Counted from the stretch's first letter, positions 1 to 13,667 are shown. The stretch: 64,000 nt of DNA from Hemiscyllium ocellatum (GCF_020745735.1 NC_083423.1:18228001-18292000); one strand, 5' to 3'. Translations and numbers: made by a program. Notes: generated by a model from the letters alone, not told the origin.

Positions 1-409
1 TGGAAGATGAGGCGTTCTTCCTCCAGGCGTCTGGTGGTGAGGGAGCGGCGGTGAAGGAGGCCCAGGACCTCCATGTCCTCAGCAGAGTGGGAGGGGGAGT
101 TGAAATGTTGGGCCACGGGGCGGTGTGGTTGATTGGTGCGGATATTTCGGAGATGTTCCCTAAAGCGTTCTGCTAGGAGGCGCCCAGTCTCCCCAATGTA
201 GAGGAGACCGCATCGGGAGCAACGGATACAATAAATGATATTAGTGGATGTGCAGGTAAAACTTTGATGGATGTGGAAGGCTCCTTTAGGGCCTTGGATA
301 GAGGTGAGGGAGGAGGTATGGGCACAGGTTTTACAATTCCTGCGGTGGCAGGGGAAAATGTCAGGATGGGAGGGTGGGTCGTAGGGGGGCATGGACCTGA
401 CCATCTCGT
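1..409 (-). mobile_element. Penelope-like element fragment (GIY-YIG region), inverted copy
   Basis: Reverse complement of part of the adjacent plus-strand copy (about 623-1030). Confidence 0.85.
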
Positions 410-1444
410 CCAGATCCCGCACCTCCGCCCTCAGACCACACTCCTCCAACCGTAACAAGGACGGAATGCCCCTGGTGCTCACCTTCCACCCTACCAACCT
501 TCGCATAAACCAAATCATCCGCGGACATTTCCGCCACCTCCAAAAACACCCAACCCCCAGGGATATATTTCCCTCCCCACCCCTTTCCACCTTCCGCAAA
601 GACCGTTCCCTTTGTGACTACCTGGTCAGGTCCATGCCCCCCTACGACCCACCCTCCCATCCTGGCACTTTCCCCTGCCACCACAAGAACTGTAAAACCT
701 GTGCCCATACCTCCTCCCTCACCTCTATCCAAGGCCCTTAAGGAGCCTTCCACATCCATCAAAGTTTTACCTGCACATCCACTAATATCATTTATTGTAT
801 CCGTTGCTCCCGATGCGGTCTCCTCTACATTGGGGAGACTGGGCGCCTCCTAGCAGAACGCTTTAGGGAACATCTCCGAGATACCCTCACCAATCAACCA
901 CACCGCCCCATGGCCCAACATTTCAACTCCCCCTCCCACTCTGCCAAGGACATAGAGGTCCTGGGCCTCCTTCACCGTCGCTCCCTCACCACCAGACGCC
1001 TGGAGGAAGAACGCCTCATCTTCCACCTCGGAACACTTCAACCCCAGGGCATCAATGTGGACTTCAACAGCTTCCTGATTTCCCCTTCCCCCACCTCATT
1101 CTACTTTCAAACTTCCAGCTCAGCACTGTCACCATGACTTGTCCGGATTGGTCCAACCTGCCTAGCTCGTTTTCCACCTATCCACTCCACCCTCTCCTCC
1201 CTGATCTATCACCTTCCTCTCCTCCCCCACTCACCCATTGTACTCTATGCTACTCTCTCCCCACCCCCACCCCCCTCTAGCTTATCTCTCCACGCTTCCA
1301 GCTCACTGCCTTTATTCCTGATGAAGGGCTTTTGCCCGAAACATCAATTTCGCTGCTCATTGGATGCTGCCTGAACTGCTGTGCTCTTCCAGCACCACTG
1401 ATCCAGAATCTGGTTTCCAGCATCTGCAGTCATTGTTTTTACCT
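406..1444 (+). mobile_element. Penelope-like element 3' part: linker, GIY-YIG endonuclease and 3' tail
   Basis: Translates to CHHKNCKTC...IIYCIRCSRCGLLYIGETGRLLAERFREH...AQHFNSPSH...RRLEEERLIFHLGTLQPQGINVDF, with stops. Tail carries CTGATGAAGGGCTTTTGCCCGAAAC. Confidence 0.9.
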
Positions 1445-2516
1445 CACGAGTGGAATGTTTGATCCCGATGGGTCCCCGAGGCCGACATCCTTTCCAAGGG
1501 ACATTTCCCTAGAGACGCCAAGGCAAGCCTCCTGCCAGTATCAGGCTGCCATTGGAGGGTCCGCAAGGCCACTTGCCCAGAATTGGAAAGTTAAAGGTGT
1601 TCTGTACAAGCCCACATTTTCATCACTTGTGCCCCTATTAGGACTCTGTGTACATTTCTAACCACTTTATCCTGCCACTTTCAATGCTTTATGCACATAC
1701 ACACGCAGGATCTTCCACTCCTGCACCCTCACTAAAATTGTATACTTTATTGTTTTACTATTAAATGAGTGTCTTTATGCGTTGTATAAGATGTTTGGTT
1801 CTAAAAGGGTTAATGCTGCAGAGTGCATTAAGCTCTAGCAAATATGATGATATCCGGAGGACAGAGATTGGGAAACAGCTCTGAATCTGGAAGAAGACAG
1901 ATCCAATCTCCTGGTAATTTTAGGAACCATGTCTATCATCCAATGTAACTTGTTTGTAAATTGCCAACATGTAATAAAATACATTGTTGAAGAAAAGAGT
2001 CTCTTCTATTTACCCTACCCAGTGGTTTTCCTCTCATCCCACTAGACAAAGCAGGTCCTATCATTCCTAAGTCTACCAGGCCAAGAATCCAGTGAGCACA
2101 TACAACACAATGAGCCATGGTGTATGATTCATCATACAACATGTTGCCAGCAGGGGGCAATACATCATGTTATAACATGGTGAGCGCTGTTGCAAATTTG
2201 AACAATACAAAGAGTAGATAGCACTCTGGATCCAGTGATGTCAGAAGAATGTGAGAGAGTAACTCGTGTAGATATCAGTAGCTGAAAGAGTTGAACTGTC
2301 ATCTGCAGAACAGAAAAATTCAACAAGGCAAAATCTAGTCAATGCTGAAAGCATTTCACTCTTGGTATGAAAAGTACAGCGGCAAGTGTATAATATATGT
2401 GAGAATAAGGCCATTCAGCCTATTGAGTCTGCTCTGCCATTCAATCATGGCTGATACTGCAACTATTCTACCTTCTACCGTAACCCAACCGCAAGCAGTG
2501 CGGAGGGAGGTCGGAG

Positions 2517-2631
2517 ATGGCAGCGGCCAGTGTGGAGTCTGATTCAGATTCTGACAGTGTGAAGGAGCAGTCACACCTCAAAGAGGCTACATGGAATGTC
2601 AGCAACACCAGTTCCCACAAAATAATAGGCA
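2517..2631 (+). pseudogene. Possible decayed first-exon fragment resembling the Custos (C12orf43) N-terminus
   Basis: MAAASVESDSDSDSVKEQSHLKEATW with Kozak GAGATGG and a donor-like CA|GTGAGC. Resemblance is from memory only; no downstream exons were found. Confidence 0.3.
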
Positions 2632-3052
2632 GTGAGCGCTATGTTTGTAAGATTTACCAAGTTTCATTCTTTGCTGAAATCAAAACAAATTTCTGGAGAG
2701 ATTGGCAGCATCAGGGGAGACAAAAATGAGTTTTCAACTGAATCTTTAACTCAGAATTCTCACCACAAATGCTACCAGTTTCTCCAGCAAGTTCTGTTTT
2801 TGTTTCAGATGTTTAGCATCACAGTTCTTTGTTTTACCCGTCTATTCTAAGTTCAATCTGTTCTATGCATTGCACTGGGAGAAATCAACTCAATTCCACT
2901 CTAGGGAATGAAAACAAAAAATGCTGAGCAGTTTTGATAGTATCCAAGAAGATAAGAACAGAGTTAACATTTCAGGTTAATTATGTTCTTCTGCATCATA
3001 GAAATTTTATTTCTGCGAAGGATTATGTTAGTGACAAGTGACCTAAGGAAGG

Positions 3053-3824
3053 TGTTAGGACGGACCCGTAGGGTCTCGTCTCCACGTGTTCTTTGGAAGG
3101 AGAGATCACACCGGCTAGAGTTTGGAGCAAAAACACCGTTTATTACAGAATCAAGACTGGCAAGCTATACAACGAATTCAAGAGCATGCAATTCGTTGGA
3201 GAAGGCGTTCTGTCTTCCTCTACGGACCTGGAGCAGTTATACTTCGCGCTTCCTCGAGTTCCCGGTCAGGTTCCCCTCGTTCGGTTCTCTCATTGGTCGG
3301 TTCACCTGTCTGTGAAGGGATTAGTGTCTCTATTGGCTGCCCCGAGATACCTGTCCAGCTCCTGCTGTGCTGAACAATGGGTAGACATCCTGGGTTCAGC
3401 AGTTTCCAATCTTGTAATTTAAAAGTTTATTGTTTGGAAGGGTTTCCTCATTGCTATGCGTCTGGCTGTCTGGGCGTTCACAATAGTTCTCCATAGTTGA
3501 ATATACAGGTATTATCATTTAACACAGGACCCGAATGAGTTTGACATCAGCGGAGGCATTAGCAAGTACTTTATCAATCAAGTGTAGTATTGGTGCGATT
3601 TACACTATCTGATAGTTACCGGTTTCCTTTATTAACAATGAGATTGTAACAGGATGATCTGAAACTGACGGACATGTTCTAATCCCCAAGGAATGTGGCC
3701 TGCAGTGGTTGGGTTTACTTTACATGGCTGTGTTTTAGCTGGTACCTGACAGTGTCTGCTTTAATAATGGTGCTCCCCTCCCTAGCCCCAATGTAGGTAC
3801 CTCGATAGCAGATTATCCCCAACA
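3053..3824 (-). mobile_element. Solo LTR, ERV/LTR-retrotransposon type
   Basis: TGTT...AACA termini and 4-bp TSD AAGG (3049-3052, 3825-3828). Minus-strand AATAAA near the left end, CCAAT motifs, and many retained CpGs. Confidence 0.85.
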
Positions 3825-4289
3825 AAGGCAATCCAATTTAAGACCACTGCAAAAACAAACTTATTGGTTTTAACTAAGTACAGAGCTAACAGGGAGGAGA
3901 GCAAAGTTGTAAGGTCAGGGGGAAGGAGGAATTAAATGATAATGCAATGCGCAAAGCAAAAGGAGATGATGGGACACAAGTAAAATAACAAATTACTTAT
4001 CTGCACTGAGTCATTGTTATTTGCAACAGTTGCAGTCTGAGAAAATAAAAATGCTAGTTATTATTTGAAATTGGGTGAATTCAATGTTGGACCTGGGAGG
4101 CTATAAAGAGCTTAATCAAAAAAGAAGAGATGTTCTGTTCACAATTGCAGAATTGTTACAGAACCATCAGAGGCCATTTGGCATATAATGTCAGCACTAG
4201 CAGTCTGAACAAGTATTTCCTTAGCTGACATTCTCCTGCATTCACCCTGTAACTTTGCATGTTCTTTTTTGGGGAAAATAATCTCTAAC

Positions 4290-4745
4290 TCCCTTTGCTG
4301 AAATTGGAAGGTTTGAGCTACAGGGAGAGGCTGAATACACTGGGTCTTTTTTTCCTGGAGTGTTAGAGGCTAAGGGGTGACCTTATAGAGGTTAATGAAA
4401 TCATGATGGGCATGGATACTGTGAATAGCCAAGGTCTTTTTTCCCAGGGTAGGTGAGTTTAAAACCAGACAGCATAGGTTTAAGGTGAGGGGAAAGATTT
4501 AAAAAGAGTCTGAGGGGCAACTTTTTCATGCAGAGGGTGGAGCGAGTTAGGGACAAGCTGCCAGTGGTGGTGGAGGCAGCTACAATTGCAACATTTAAAA
4601 GGCACTTGGATGTGTACATGAACAGCAAGAGTTTAGAAAGATATGTGCCAAATGCCAGCAAATGTGACGAGATCAGTTTAGGATATCTGGTCGGCATGAA
4701 TGAGTTGGACTGAAGCGTCTGTTTCCATGCTGTACAAATCTGACT
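4290..4745 (+). mobile_element. CR1/HER1 LINE 3' fragment
   Basis: ORF2 C-terminal motifs (RGDLIEV, FFMQRV, ATFKRHLD) plus 3' UTR. Confidence 0.85.
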
Positions 4746-4849
4746 CTGCTTTGAACTTGCCTCCACAACACACTTAGGCATTTCAGACCTTAACCACTTG
4801 TTTCACGAAAGAGTTTTTCCTATTGCTTTTGTTTCTTTTGCCAATTGCT

Positions 4850-5265
4850 TTAAACCTGTGATCTCTTGCTGTCAATCTTTTCACAAGTGGGAATTGTTTC
4901 TCTTTATAATATTTGCTCCATCCACACCCCTTATAATTTTGAATACCTCTTTCAGATCCCTTAGCTTTCCCTTTCCCAAGAAATACTGTAATAACATCAC
5001 CAATCTGGCTGCATAACTGAAGTCCCTCATCCTAGAGCCATTATCCTGAATATTTTCAGCACTCTCTAGTGCCTTCACATTTTCCTAAAGTGTGGCACCC
5101 AGTTTTGGACGTAGTGCTCCAGCTGAGCTTGAACAAATGCCCTATAGGCGTTCGCCATAATCTCATTGCTTTCATACTCTATGTCCCTATTAATAAAGCC
5201 TAGAAAGGATTCTGTATGCTTTACTAACTGCTCTGTTAACCTGAGCTTCCATTGTGCCTCTATAA
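4850..5265 (-). mobile_element. Degenerate CR1 LINE 3' fragment
   Basis: QLEHYVQNWVPHFRK and DLKEVFKIIRG motifs. Confidence 0.7.
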
Positions 5266-5527
5266 CACAGTTGGAGGTCAAGTCTGCAGTGATTGCCCAA
5301 AGTCAAAACCAGGATATATTGAGAAGGTGATGATGCACATATTGGGGGTCCACTGTGTTAAGTCTAAGTCTATGTGAAGTACAGTTGAAGATAGGTGGTC
5401 ACATGAGAACAACTCCTGGAATGCGTGAAACCAAACTTGACAACCCTGAATTATAGGAAACAGCGGTTATGTATCATTGACTTTTGTTTCAATGAAATTT
5501 CTCTCTCATTTTCTTTAAAGAAGCAAA

Positions 5528-6125
5528 CCAAAGGGTCATGTTGTGGCTGTCCAGGACATTGGTTAGTCCACTGTTGGAATATTGCATGCAATTCTGGTCT
5601 CCTTCCTATCGGAAAGATGTTGTGAAACTTGAAAGGGTTCAGAAAAGATTTATAAGGATGTTCCCAGGGTTGGAGGATTTGAGCTATAGGGAGAGACTGG
5701 ACAGACTGGCGCTGTTTTCCCTGGAGCATCAGAGGCTGAGGGGTGACCTTATAGAGGTTTACAAAATTATGAGGGGCATGGATAGGGTAAAGAGACAAAG
5801 TCTGGGGTAGGGGAGTCCAGAACTAGAGGATATAGGTTTAGGGTGAGAGGGGAAAGATATAAAAGAGACCTAAGGGGCAACTTTTTCACACAGAGGGTTG
5901 TATGTGTATGGAATGAGTTGCCAGAGGAAGTGATGAAGGCTGGTACAATGCAACATCTAAGAGGCATTTGGATGGGTATATGAATTGGAAGGGTTTGGAG
6001 GGATATGGGCTGGGTGGTGGCAGGTGGGACTAGATTGGGTTGGGATATCTGGTCAGTCTGGATGGGTTGGACCGAAGGGTCTGTTTCCATGTTTTACATC
6101 CCTATGACTCTATGACTCTATGATC
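5528..6125 (+). mobile_element. CR1/HER1 LINE 3' fragment
   Basis: LLEYCMQFWSPSYRKDVVKLERVQKRF..RGDLIEVYKIMRG, with a (CTATGA)n-type tail. Confidence 0.9.
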
Positions 6126-6929
6126 TCTATGAGTGCTGATGGTAGAGTTGGCAAAGTGTTTGGTTGGGCTGGAGGGTGCAGGATGGACACCTCCCCCATT
6201 CCCCAAATAAAATCCTTGCTGGAAGATTGTTGTGTTTTTCCAGCCCCATGCCTCTCGACTCTGATCTTCAGCATCTGTGGTCCTCACTTTCTCCTAGATG
6301 ACTTTTCCTGCCTGTATATCACTTGAGGTCCTTAAGTGGGCATTAATCAGCCTGATCACATTGCCGCTGGTATTCAATGATAGGTTGGCACTCATAAAGA
6401 CTCTGGTTGTGGGAGGGGGATAGAAATCTCTTATTCAAAGCCACTCACCCAGTAATGGGACGAGAATGCCCACTGAAAGTCAGAAACCCATTCTTTCCTC
6501 TGACCCTCTTCCCTATATTGGTGATCATCTCCCAAGATCTCCGGTGAAGGGCCAATGTCGTTCTGGCAGACTCCACCCCTGGTGACACTACTGCTGGTAA
6601 TGGAGAGCAGCCTGTTTCTGATTGGTCAGCAGTTCCCGGGGGTTGAGATTTCTGCATTACTGGGGAAAGCACAATAATTAGGTGCTCCTAGAGTTACGGT
6701 GGCAAGGTTATGATTATCAACTAGCATCTTAATTAACTCAGGATTTATACAGATCAAGTCATGTGGGTGAATAAATTTTGGTGTCTGATGTTGGACTCTC
6801 ACCACCCTCAGTAAACACCACCCATACAGTCATCACAGAAAAGGAACAAAACATTCTGCAACAAGTCCATAATCAAGTGTGTCAATCCATTCTCTGCTCC
6901 ATCCCCGAAGTTTGACTCAATTAAAGCAA

Positions 6930-7137
6930 AGAGAAAGTGAGGACTGCAGATGCTGGAGATCGGAGCTGAAAAATGTATTGCTGGAAAAGCGCATCAGGTC
7001 AGGCAGCATCCAAGGAGCAGGAGAGTCGACGTTTCGGGCATTCCTGAAGAAGGGCTCATGCCCAAAATGTCGACTCTCCTGCTCCTTGGATGCTGCCTGA
7101 CCTGCTGCACTTTTCCAGCAACATATTTTCAGCTCTC
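6930..7137. mobile_element. Penelope-derived short inverted-duplicated terminal unit
   Basis: Two head-to-head copies of the GGATGCTGCCTGACCTGCTG..TTTTCCAGCA tail around a degenerate hammerhead motif. Confidence 0.8.
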
Positions 7138-7454
7138 AGTTAAAGCAATAAAAGGAAATGAACATCAACAATAAGAATCTTTATGTGAGGCACATAAGGT
7201 TTTCAAACCAGAGATTCCAGAGGGTTCCATGGTGACTACAGATTTTTGTCGAAATTCAATATTCTGGACTTGAAGTAAAGCCTGTGCATTAATTTGCCCT
7301 TGTAAGAAGCTGGATCTGTACATATTGACTTTTTAAAGCATTCAATGATTTTCTAAGTGACTTTTTTTATGTTTCTTTAATAATAGATTCCTGACATTCC
7401 TGTTGACTGACATCAGGCTAACTGGCCTGTTTCCTCTCTCCTTACTTTCTTAAG

Positions 7455-9640
7455 ACTACAAGACACAGGAGCAGGGATTCGGCCAAACACCCCATTGTGT
7501 CTGCACTGCCATTCAATCCAGTTGATAGGTTTCTCATACCCATTCTCTTGCCTTGATCCCCTTAACAATCTCCTTCTTAAATATATTCAATGACCTGGCC
7601 TCCACAGCCTTCTGTGGCAATGAATTCCAAAGATTCACCATTCTCTGGCTGAAGAAATTTCTCCTCATCCTAATTTCTCCTGCTAATAGAAACATCTTCC
7701 CAACATCCAAGGCTTTCAGTATTCTGTAAGTTTCAATTAAATTCCCCCAATCCTTCTAAATTCCATCGAGTGTAGACCCAAATTCCTCAAATGTTCCTCT
7801 TATGTTAAGACTTTCATTCCTTGGATCATCCTCGTGAACTTCCTCTAGAACCATACCAGGGCCAGCACATCCTTTCTGAGATATGGGATCCAAAATTACT
7901 CACAATATTCTAAATGTGGTCTGACCAGAGTTTTACATAATCTCAGAAGTACATTTCTGCTTTTATATTCCAGTCCTCTCAAAAGAAATGCCAGCATTGT
8001 ATTTGCCTCCCTAACCATTGACTCAACCTGACAAATCTGTTAAAGTTTTTTGAGGAAGTTAACCTTCAGCGAATCATGGACTAGAAGTACCAGGTCCATT
8101 TGCACTTCAGATTTCTGACGTTTCTCCTCATGCATCTGTTCTCCCTACCAAAGTACATTACTTCACACTTTCCACATTGTACTCCATCTGCTACTTCATT
8201 ACCCACTCTTCAAACCTGTCAAAATCTTGCTGCAGTCTCCCCTCCTCCTCAATGTTACCTGTCCCTCTACCTGTATTTATATCATCTGCAAACTTAGCCA
8301 GAATACCCTCAGTTCCATCATCTAAATAATTAATGTATAAAGTGAAAAGTTGTGATCCCAACACTCGTCCTTGTGGAACACCACTAGTCACCGGCTGCCA
8401 TCCTGAGAAAGACCTTTTTATCCCCACTCTCTGCTTCCTGCCAGACACATTCTGATGAAGAGCTTATGCCTGAAATGTTGACTCTCCTGCTCCTCGGATG
8501 CTGCCTGCCCTGCTGTACTTTTCCAGTGCCAGATTTTTCAATTCTGATCTCCAGCAAGCGCAATCCTCGCTTTCTCCCACTTCGTGCCAGGCAGTCAATC
8601 TTCTATCCATGCTAGTAACTTGTCTCTAATACCAAGGGCTGTTATCTGACTCAGCAGCCTCCAGTGCAGCACCTTGTCAAAGGCCTTCTGGAAGTCAGGT
8701 AGATAGCATCCATTGCCTCTTATTGGTCTAACCTGCTCGATACATCCTCAAAGAATTCTAACAGATTTGTCAGGCATGACCTGTCCTTGATGAAACCATG
8801 CTGACTTTGCCCTTTTTTTACCATGCACTCCCATGTATTCAGAGCTCTCATCCTTCACAAAGGACTCCAAAATCTTACCAATGACCGAGGTCAGGCTAGT
8901 CAACATGTAATTCCCAGTCTTTTGCCTTGCTCCCTTCTTAAACAGGGGTGTTACGTTAGCGATTTTCCAGTCCTCAGGGACTCTCCTTGACTCCAGTGAT
9001 TCCTGAAAGCTCACCACTTAAGCTCCACTACCTCTCCAGCTACTGCCTTCAGAACTCCGGGGTGTCGTCCATCTCGTCCAAGTATTTATTCACTTCAGTT
9101 TTTCCAGTACCTTCTCCCTGGTGGTGGCCACCACATTCACCCCTGCCCCTGACTCTCTTGAAGTTTTAGGATGTTACTTGTGTCTTTCACTATGAAGACT
9201 GATGCAAAGTATTCGTTTAGTTACTCAGCCATCTCTTTGTTCCCCATTACTATTTCTCCAGCATCATTTTTCAGTGGCCCAATGTCCTCTTTTGCTCTTT
9301 ATATATCTAAAGAAACTCTTGTAGCTTACCTCATATTTAATCTTCCCTTCCTTACTTCTTTTTCAGTTGTTCTCTATCGGTTTTTGTAGACTTCCCATTC
9401 CCCTGGCCCCCTTCAGGCACTCTACCTGTATTCCTGATGAAGGGGTTTTGCCCGAAACGTCGATTTTACTGCTCCTCAGATGCTGCCTGAACTGCTGTGC
9501 TTTTCCAGCACCACTCTACTCCAGAATCTGGTTTCCAGCATCTGCAGTCATTGTTTTTACCTGGCTTCCTACTGCCCTTGGCCGCATTATATGCTTTTTC
9601 TTTTGCTTCTATGCTGTCCCTGACTGTTCTTGAATAATAC
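7455..9640 (-). mobile_element. CR1 LINE RT fragment with two nested Penelope tails (about 8451-8580 and 9400-9563)
   Basis: DWKIANVTPLFKKG, GVPQGRVLG and KFADD motifs, interrupted by CTGATGAAG..GAAAC tails. Confidence 0.85.
9430..9465 (+). ncRNA. Minimal type I hammerhead ribozyme motif (Penelope-associated)
   Basis: ATTC-CTGATGA-A-GGG..CCC-GAAA-CGTC-GATT; catalytic core and GUC site are intact. Confidence 0.6.
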
Positions 9641-12249
9641 AGGATGAGCAGAAATGTTCTCTAATTTGTCATGCTGAGTTAAAATATGGACTCTTACTGT
9701 TCAACTGATTTTAATACCTGAGACTTTTGTGGATTAAAATGGAGAAAAAAACACTGATTTAGGATAACCACAGCATTCGCCTGACAGGTCAAGCCAAATT
9801 CATTAACTGAACCTGAGATATGAAGTGGAGGTGCTGGCGTGGACAATGGCAGAAGTCGTACCACGTCAAGTTATAGTCCAACAGGTTTATTTGAAATCAC
9901 AAGCTTTCGGAGCACTGCTGGAACCTGTTGGGACTATAACCTGGTGTCGTGTGATTTCTGACTCAATCTGAGATAAACAAGGACAGTCTGAGGCAAGATT
10001 AGCATTTTATTAAAAGGCACTGAAACTCAGTTCAGCGTGAAGATCCCTTGTCTCTTTTTCATTTGATTCTGTATATTACCAACAGCATCACTAGGTGGCG
10101 GAACAACCACACGTTGGAATACAAATGTTTGGCACAACTCCTGAGCGTCAGTTCACTGAGGTCAACAGTGGAATTGGCTTGTGTGTGTGTGTGTGTGTGT
10201 GTAGTTTATTAAACGTGCAGCACACTGTTGTATTCTATCCCCTCCAAAGGTTACAGAATTTTTGGTGTATGAGACCTACAGGTATCCTAGCAATAGAACT
10301 GAGTAAAGTACTGCCAAAGCATCCGTGGAAGAATTGCCCATGAAACGAATTAGAGTCTGAGGCAGGATCAGAAAGAGCCCTTTAGTTCCTCACCTGTTTC
10401 CCCACTTTCTGATGCCGGACTTGGGAATATGCAAGTGGGTTGTATTTTAGGCAAACAATTATTGGGCAGGGCAGAGAAGGAAAAGAATTGAAAAATTCTC
10501 TCCATGCCTGTCCCCGTCAGCTTTGTGAAAAACAGTGCCTGGTGATAAAGCAAATTGGAGAAATATCAATTCACTGAGATCCCAAGGCTATTTACAGGTG
10601 AGGATTCTAGATATTTATTAATCAACCCTGAGCTCAGTTTAAAAATCTAACACCTTAAGGACTATAAGGTCTTTTAAAAAATACTGCACATTCTTGACTT
10701 TCCTTTTGTAACGAAGACACTCTCCTTTTTAAAGGAGTGTGTGGTTATTTGATGTTGTCTTTTATTGTTTTCCTCAGTGTTAATAAATAAAAAAAGCTTC
10801 TTGCTTTCACTCAAGAAAACCTTCTTAATTGAGAAAGCACAATGCTTTAATTTAAGTGTGATAGAGCTGCATGCTAAACGTTAAAAACTTGACTGACTAA
10901 AAGAGGGAATCTGACTCACCCCCGTTCACCTGGTAATAACAAGTTGAATATAGAGAATGTCAAAGCCATTGTTTCCTAGCCTTCAACTCTGTCTCTCTGA
11001 CAACTGCCTGGATTTGAACCAGATTTTCTGCAATGTTGGTGCTATATTTGTCTGAGAAGAAACTCTGACCATAAATTCATTGCTAAGACGACTTACTCCT
11101 GCCTCTGCAACTTAGCCAGATTCTACCAGGCCTCAGCTCGTTTGCTTTCAAAATTCTTATCCATCCCTTTAGTTTCTAAACTAATTGTCAGTCTACTACA
11201 GAAACCCATTCCTCTGGGAGTCCTGGGGATGGATCTTTCAATATGCCCACCACCCCCCTCCATTTATGAGGGGTGGGAGGAAGGGGCATATAAAATTGAT
11301 GAATAACCCAACAACTTCTGGTCTACCCTGAGCCTCTCCCTATAAAACAATAGATAGGATGGCATATTATTGACAGCCTACCTGGCATTTTGAGAATATA
11401 GTTAATGGATAATATCACTTATTAACAAGGCAATTAGCCCAAATATTATTCTGCCTATTTCATAACAGTGTATGGGAATGGGTGCACCATTTTTTGTAAC
11501 CCAACTAGTTAAAGGACAGGAAGGAGGTGATGTATATTCTGTGGGAAATGACCCGTCTGCATTGGGACTACCTTGTAATTCCTAAATATGTTCCTTCTGG
11601 ACCTCAACCCAAAAGCCTCCAATGTCCACATTGCCCAAACCCTTCCAACCTTAAAAACCCTGGACTTATGTCAATTGGACATCAATGCTCTTTCCTGTAG
11701 ATCTGTTTGCGGTCCTTGCAGCAGTTGTCACTGAGATCTAGCATTGCTGGAGTCACTAGAGTTACCTGCCAATCGGATTAACCAGCAGCTCTTCAAAGTA
11801 GGATATTCTCTCACTAAGGGTGGAAACCCCAACTTTACCTTCTTAAGGCTGCCAGCAATTTGTTATTGCTGGAGGGTGGGATTGTTGAGCATTGCACTGC
11901 AGCACCCACTTACCTGCCAAGTGGGTGAGCACTATGCCCTCCAGTAAAATTTAGCCCCTGGAGTAGAATAACTTCCTTCTGCAATATAAATTTTCTATGT
12001 TTCCGAAGAAACTGATTGTAATGCCCACTTCATCTGTGCCCTTAAAAGAAATTTGATATGGCGCCTTTCACGGTGCAGAATGTTCCTAAGCACTTTACAG
12101 CCCTGAAGACCACTCACTGCTATCACTCTGACAAGTGTCTTAATATCAAAATAAACAGTGGAAAGTTTGATTTACTATCCAATTGAAAGTAGCTCGTCAA
12201 CCTTTCTGATCAAGATGTGCATGAGAACAGTTGCATTGTGTACTAACAA

Positions 12250-12590
12250 CAAGACGCACTGCAGAAGATCACCAAAACTCCTTCGACAGCACTTTCCAAA
12301 CCCATGACCACTACTGCATAGAAGAGCAAGGGTAGCAGACACATGGGAATACCACGGCCTGTAAGTTCCACTCTAGGCTACTCACCGTTCTGACTTGGAA
12401 ATATGTTACTGTTTCTTAACTGGCTCTGGAAAATCCTGGAATTCTTTCCCTAATAGTATTGTGGGTCTATCTACAGCACATAGACTTCAGTGATTCAAGA
12501 ACACAGCTCACCACCATCTTCTGAAGGGCAACTATAGGGATAGGCAATAAATGCTGGTCAGCCAGTGATGCCCACAGGCATGAGTGATTA
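12250..12590 (+). mobile_element. L2-type LINE 3' end
   Basis: Ends in AATAAATGCTGG..GCCAGTGATGCCCACA, the L2-like tail; homologous to 49075-49470 and 32630-32890. Confidence 0.65.
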
Positions 12591-13357
12591 AAAAGAGAGC
12601 TTTCCTTTTGAGTTGAGAACCCGATATTGTTATTAAATGTGAATTTCTACCCATACTGTCAAGAACAGCAAACTTAAATTGATCTTTGTTGAATAGGCCA
12701 ATTATTGGCCAGAGGATGGCACTCTCAAGAAGCTGTTATGCTCCCAATACCACAAGGGGCCTGCAGCCTGATTGCTTGTTAATTAATGTAAGAAGGTACT
12801 TGCTGTTTGCTGCAGATAGTCGTTCTGCCACCAATGTGGGTTTCCTGAAAATGGTTTGGAGTTGGGACTGTGCCAGGAAACTGGCCAGTGGTGTGAAATG
12901 ATATCTCCTGCTTGGCTTAGTTTCTGTGCCCTCATCAGGCAAAACCCCTGTTTTAAATCTGCTATGTCAAAAATTTTAATCATACTTTTCAAATTTGCAA
13001 AAGAAACAGCTGAACATTAACCAACTAAAATGTAAATACAAGCTCTTCCTCCGGATGCCGTAAACAAATACACTGCATGTTGAGAACAAATTTGCTGACC
13101 ACATTCTGAATACAATGCATACGCACAAATATAGATGTAGTCATTTGGTCTTACAGAACTTGAGCCCTGCTGGAAAGAGATACATTTTGAACAAACTTTT
13201 TCTCTTGCACTCATCAGGACAATTCACAAGAATACCAATCTCAGAGGAAAAACCAATTGTGTGAAGAGAGTGCTGATTGGTTGGCAAGTAGACTCTGATT
13301 GGTAGAGGCATTGCCAAAGAGAATGCATGCTTTTGTAGGAAATACTTATATATATGT

Positions 13358-13667
13358 GGGCACAGTGGTTAGCACTGCTGCCTCACAGCGCCTGAGACCC
13401 GGGTTCAATTCCCGACTCAGGCGACTGACTGTGTGGAGTTTGCACGTTCTCCCCGTGTCTGCGTGGGTTTCCTCCGGGTGCTCCGGTTTCCTCCCACAGT
13501 CCAAAGATGTGCGGGTCAGGTGAATTGGCCACGGTAAATTGCCTGTAGTGTTAGGTAAGGGGTAAATGTAGGGGTATGGGTGGGTTGCGCTTCGGCGAGT
13601 CAGTGTGGACTTGTTGGGCCGAAGGGCCTGTTTCCACACTGTAAGTAATCTAATCTAATCTAATCTA
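13358..13667 (+). mobile_element. HE1-type V-SINE, full length
   Basis: tRNA-like head (CAGTGGTTAGCACTG, GGTTCAATTCC), V-domain GTGGAGTTTGCACGTTCTCCCCGTG, CR1-like tail and (TAATC)n. Confidence 0.92.

Noticed and set aside
1936-2310. Minus-strand acceptor near 2305 and ORF 1936-2160
   Set aside because: No recognisable domain and no linked exons.
10300-10941. Possible second solo LTR ending in TAATAACA
   Set aside because: No 5' TG end or TSD could be identified.
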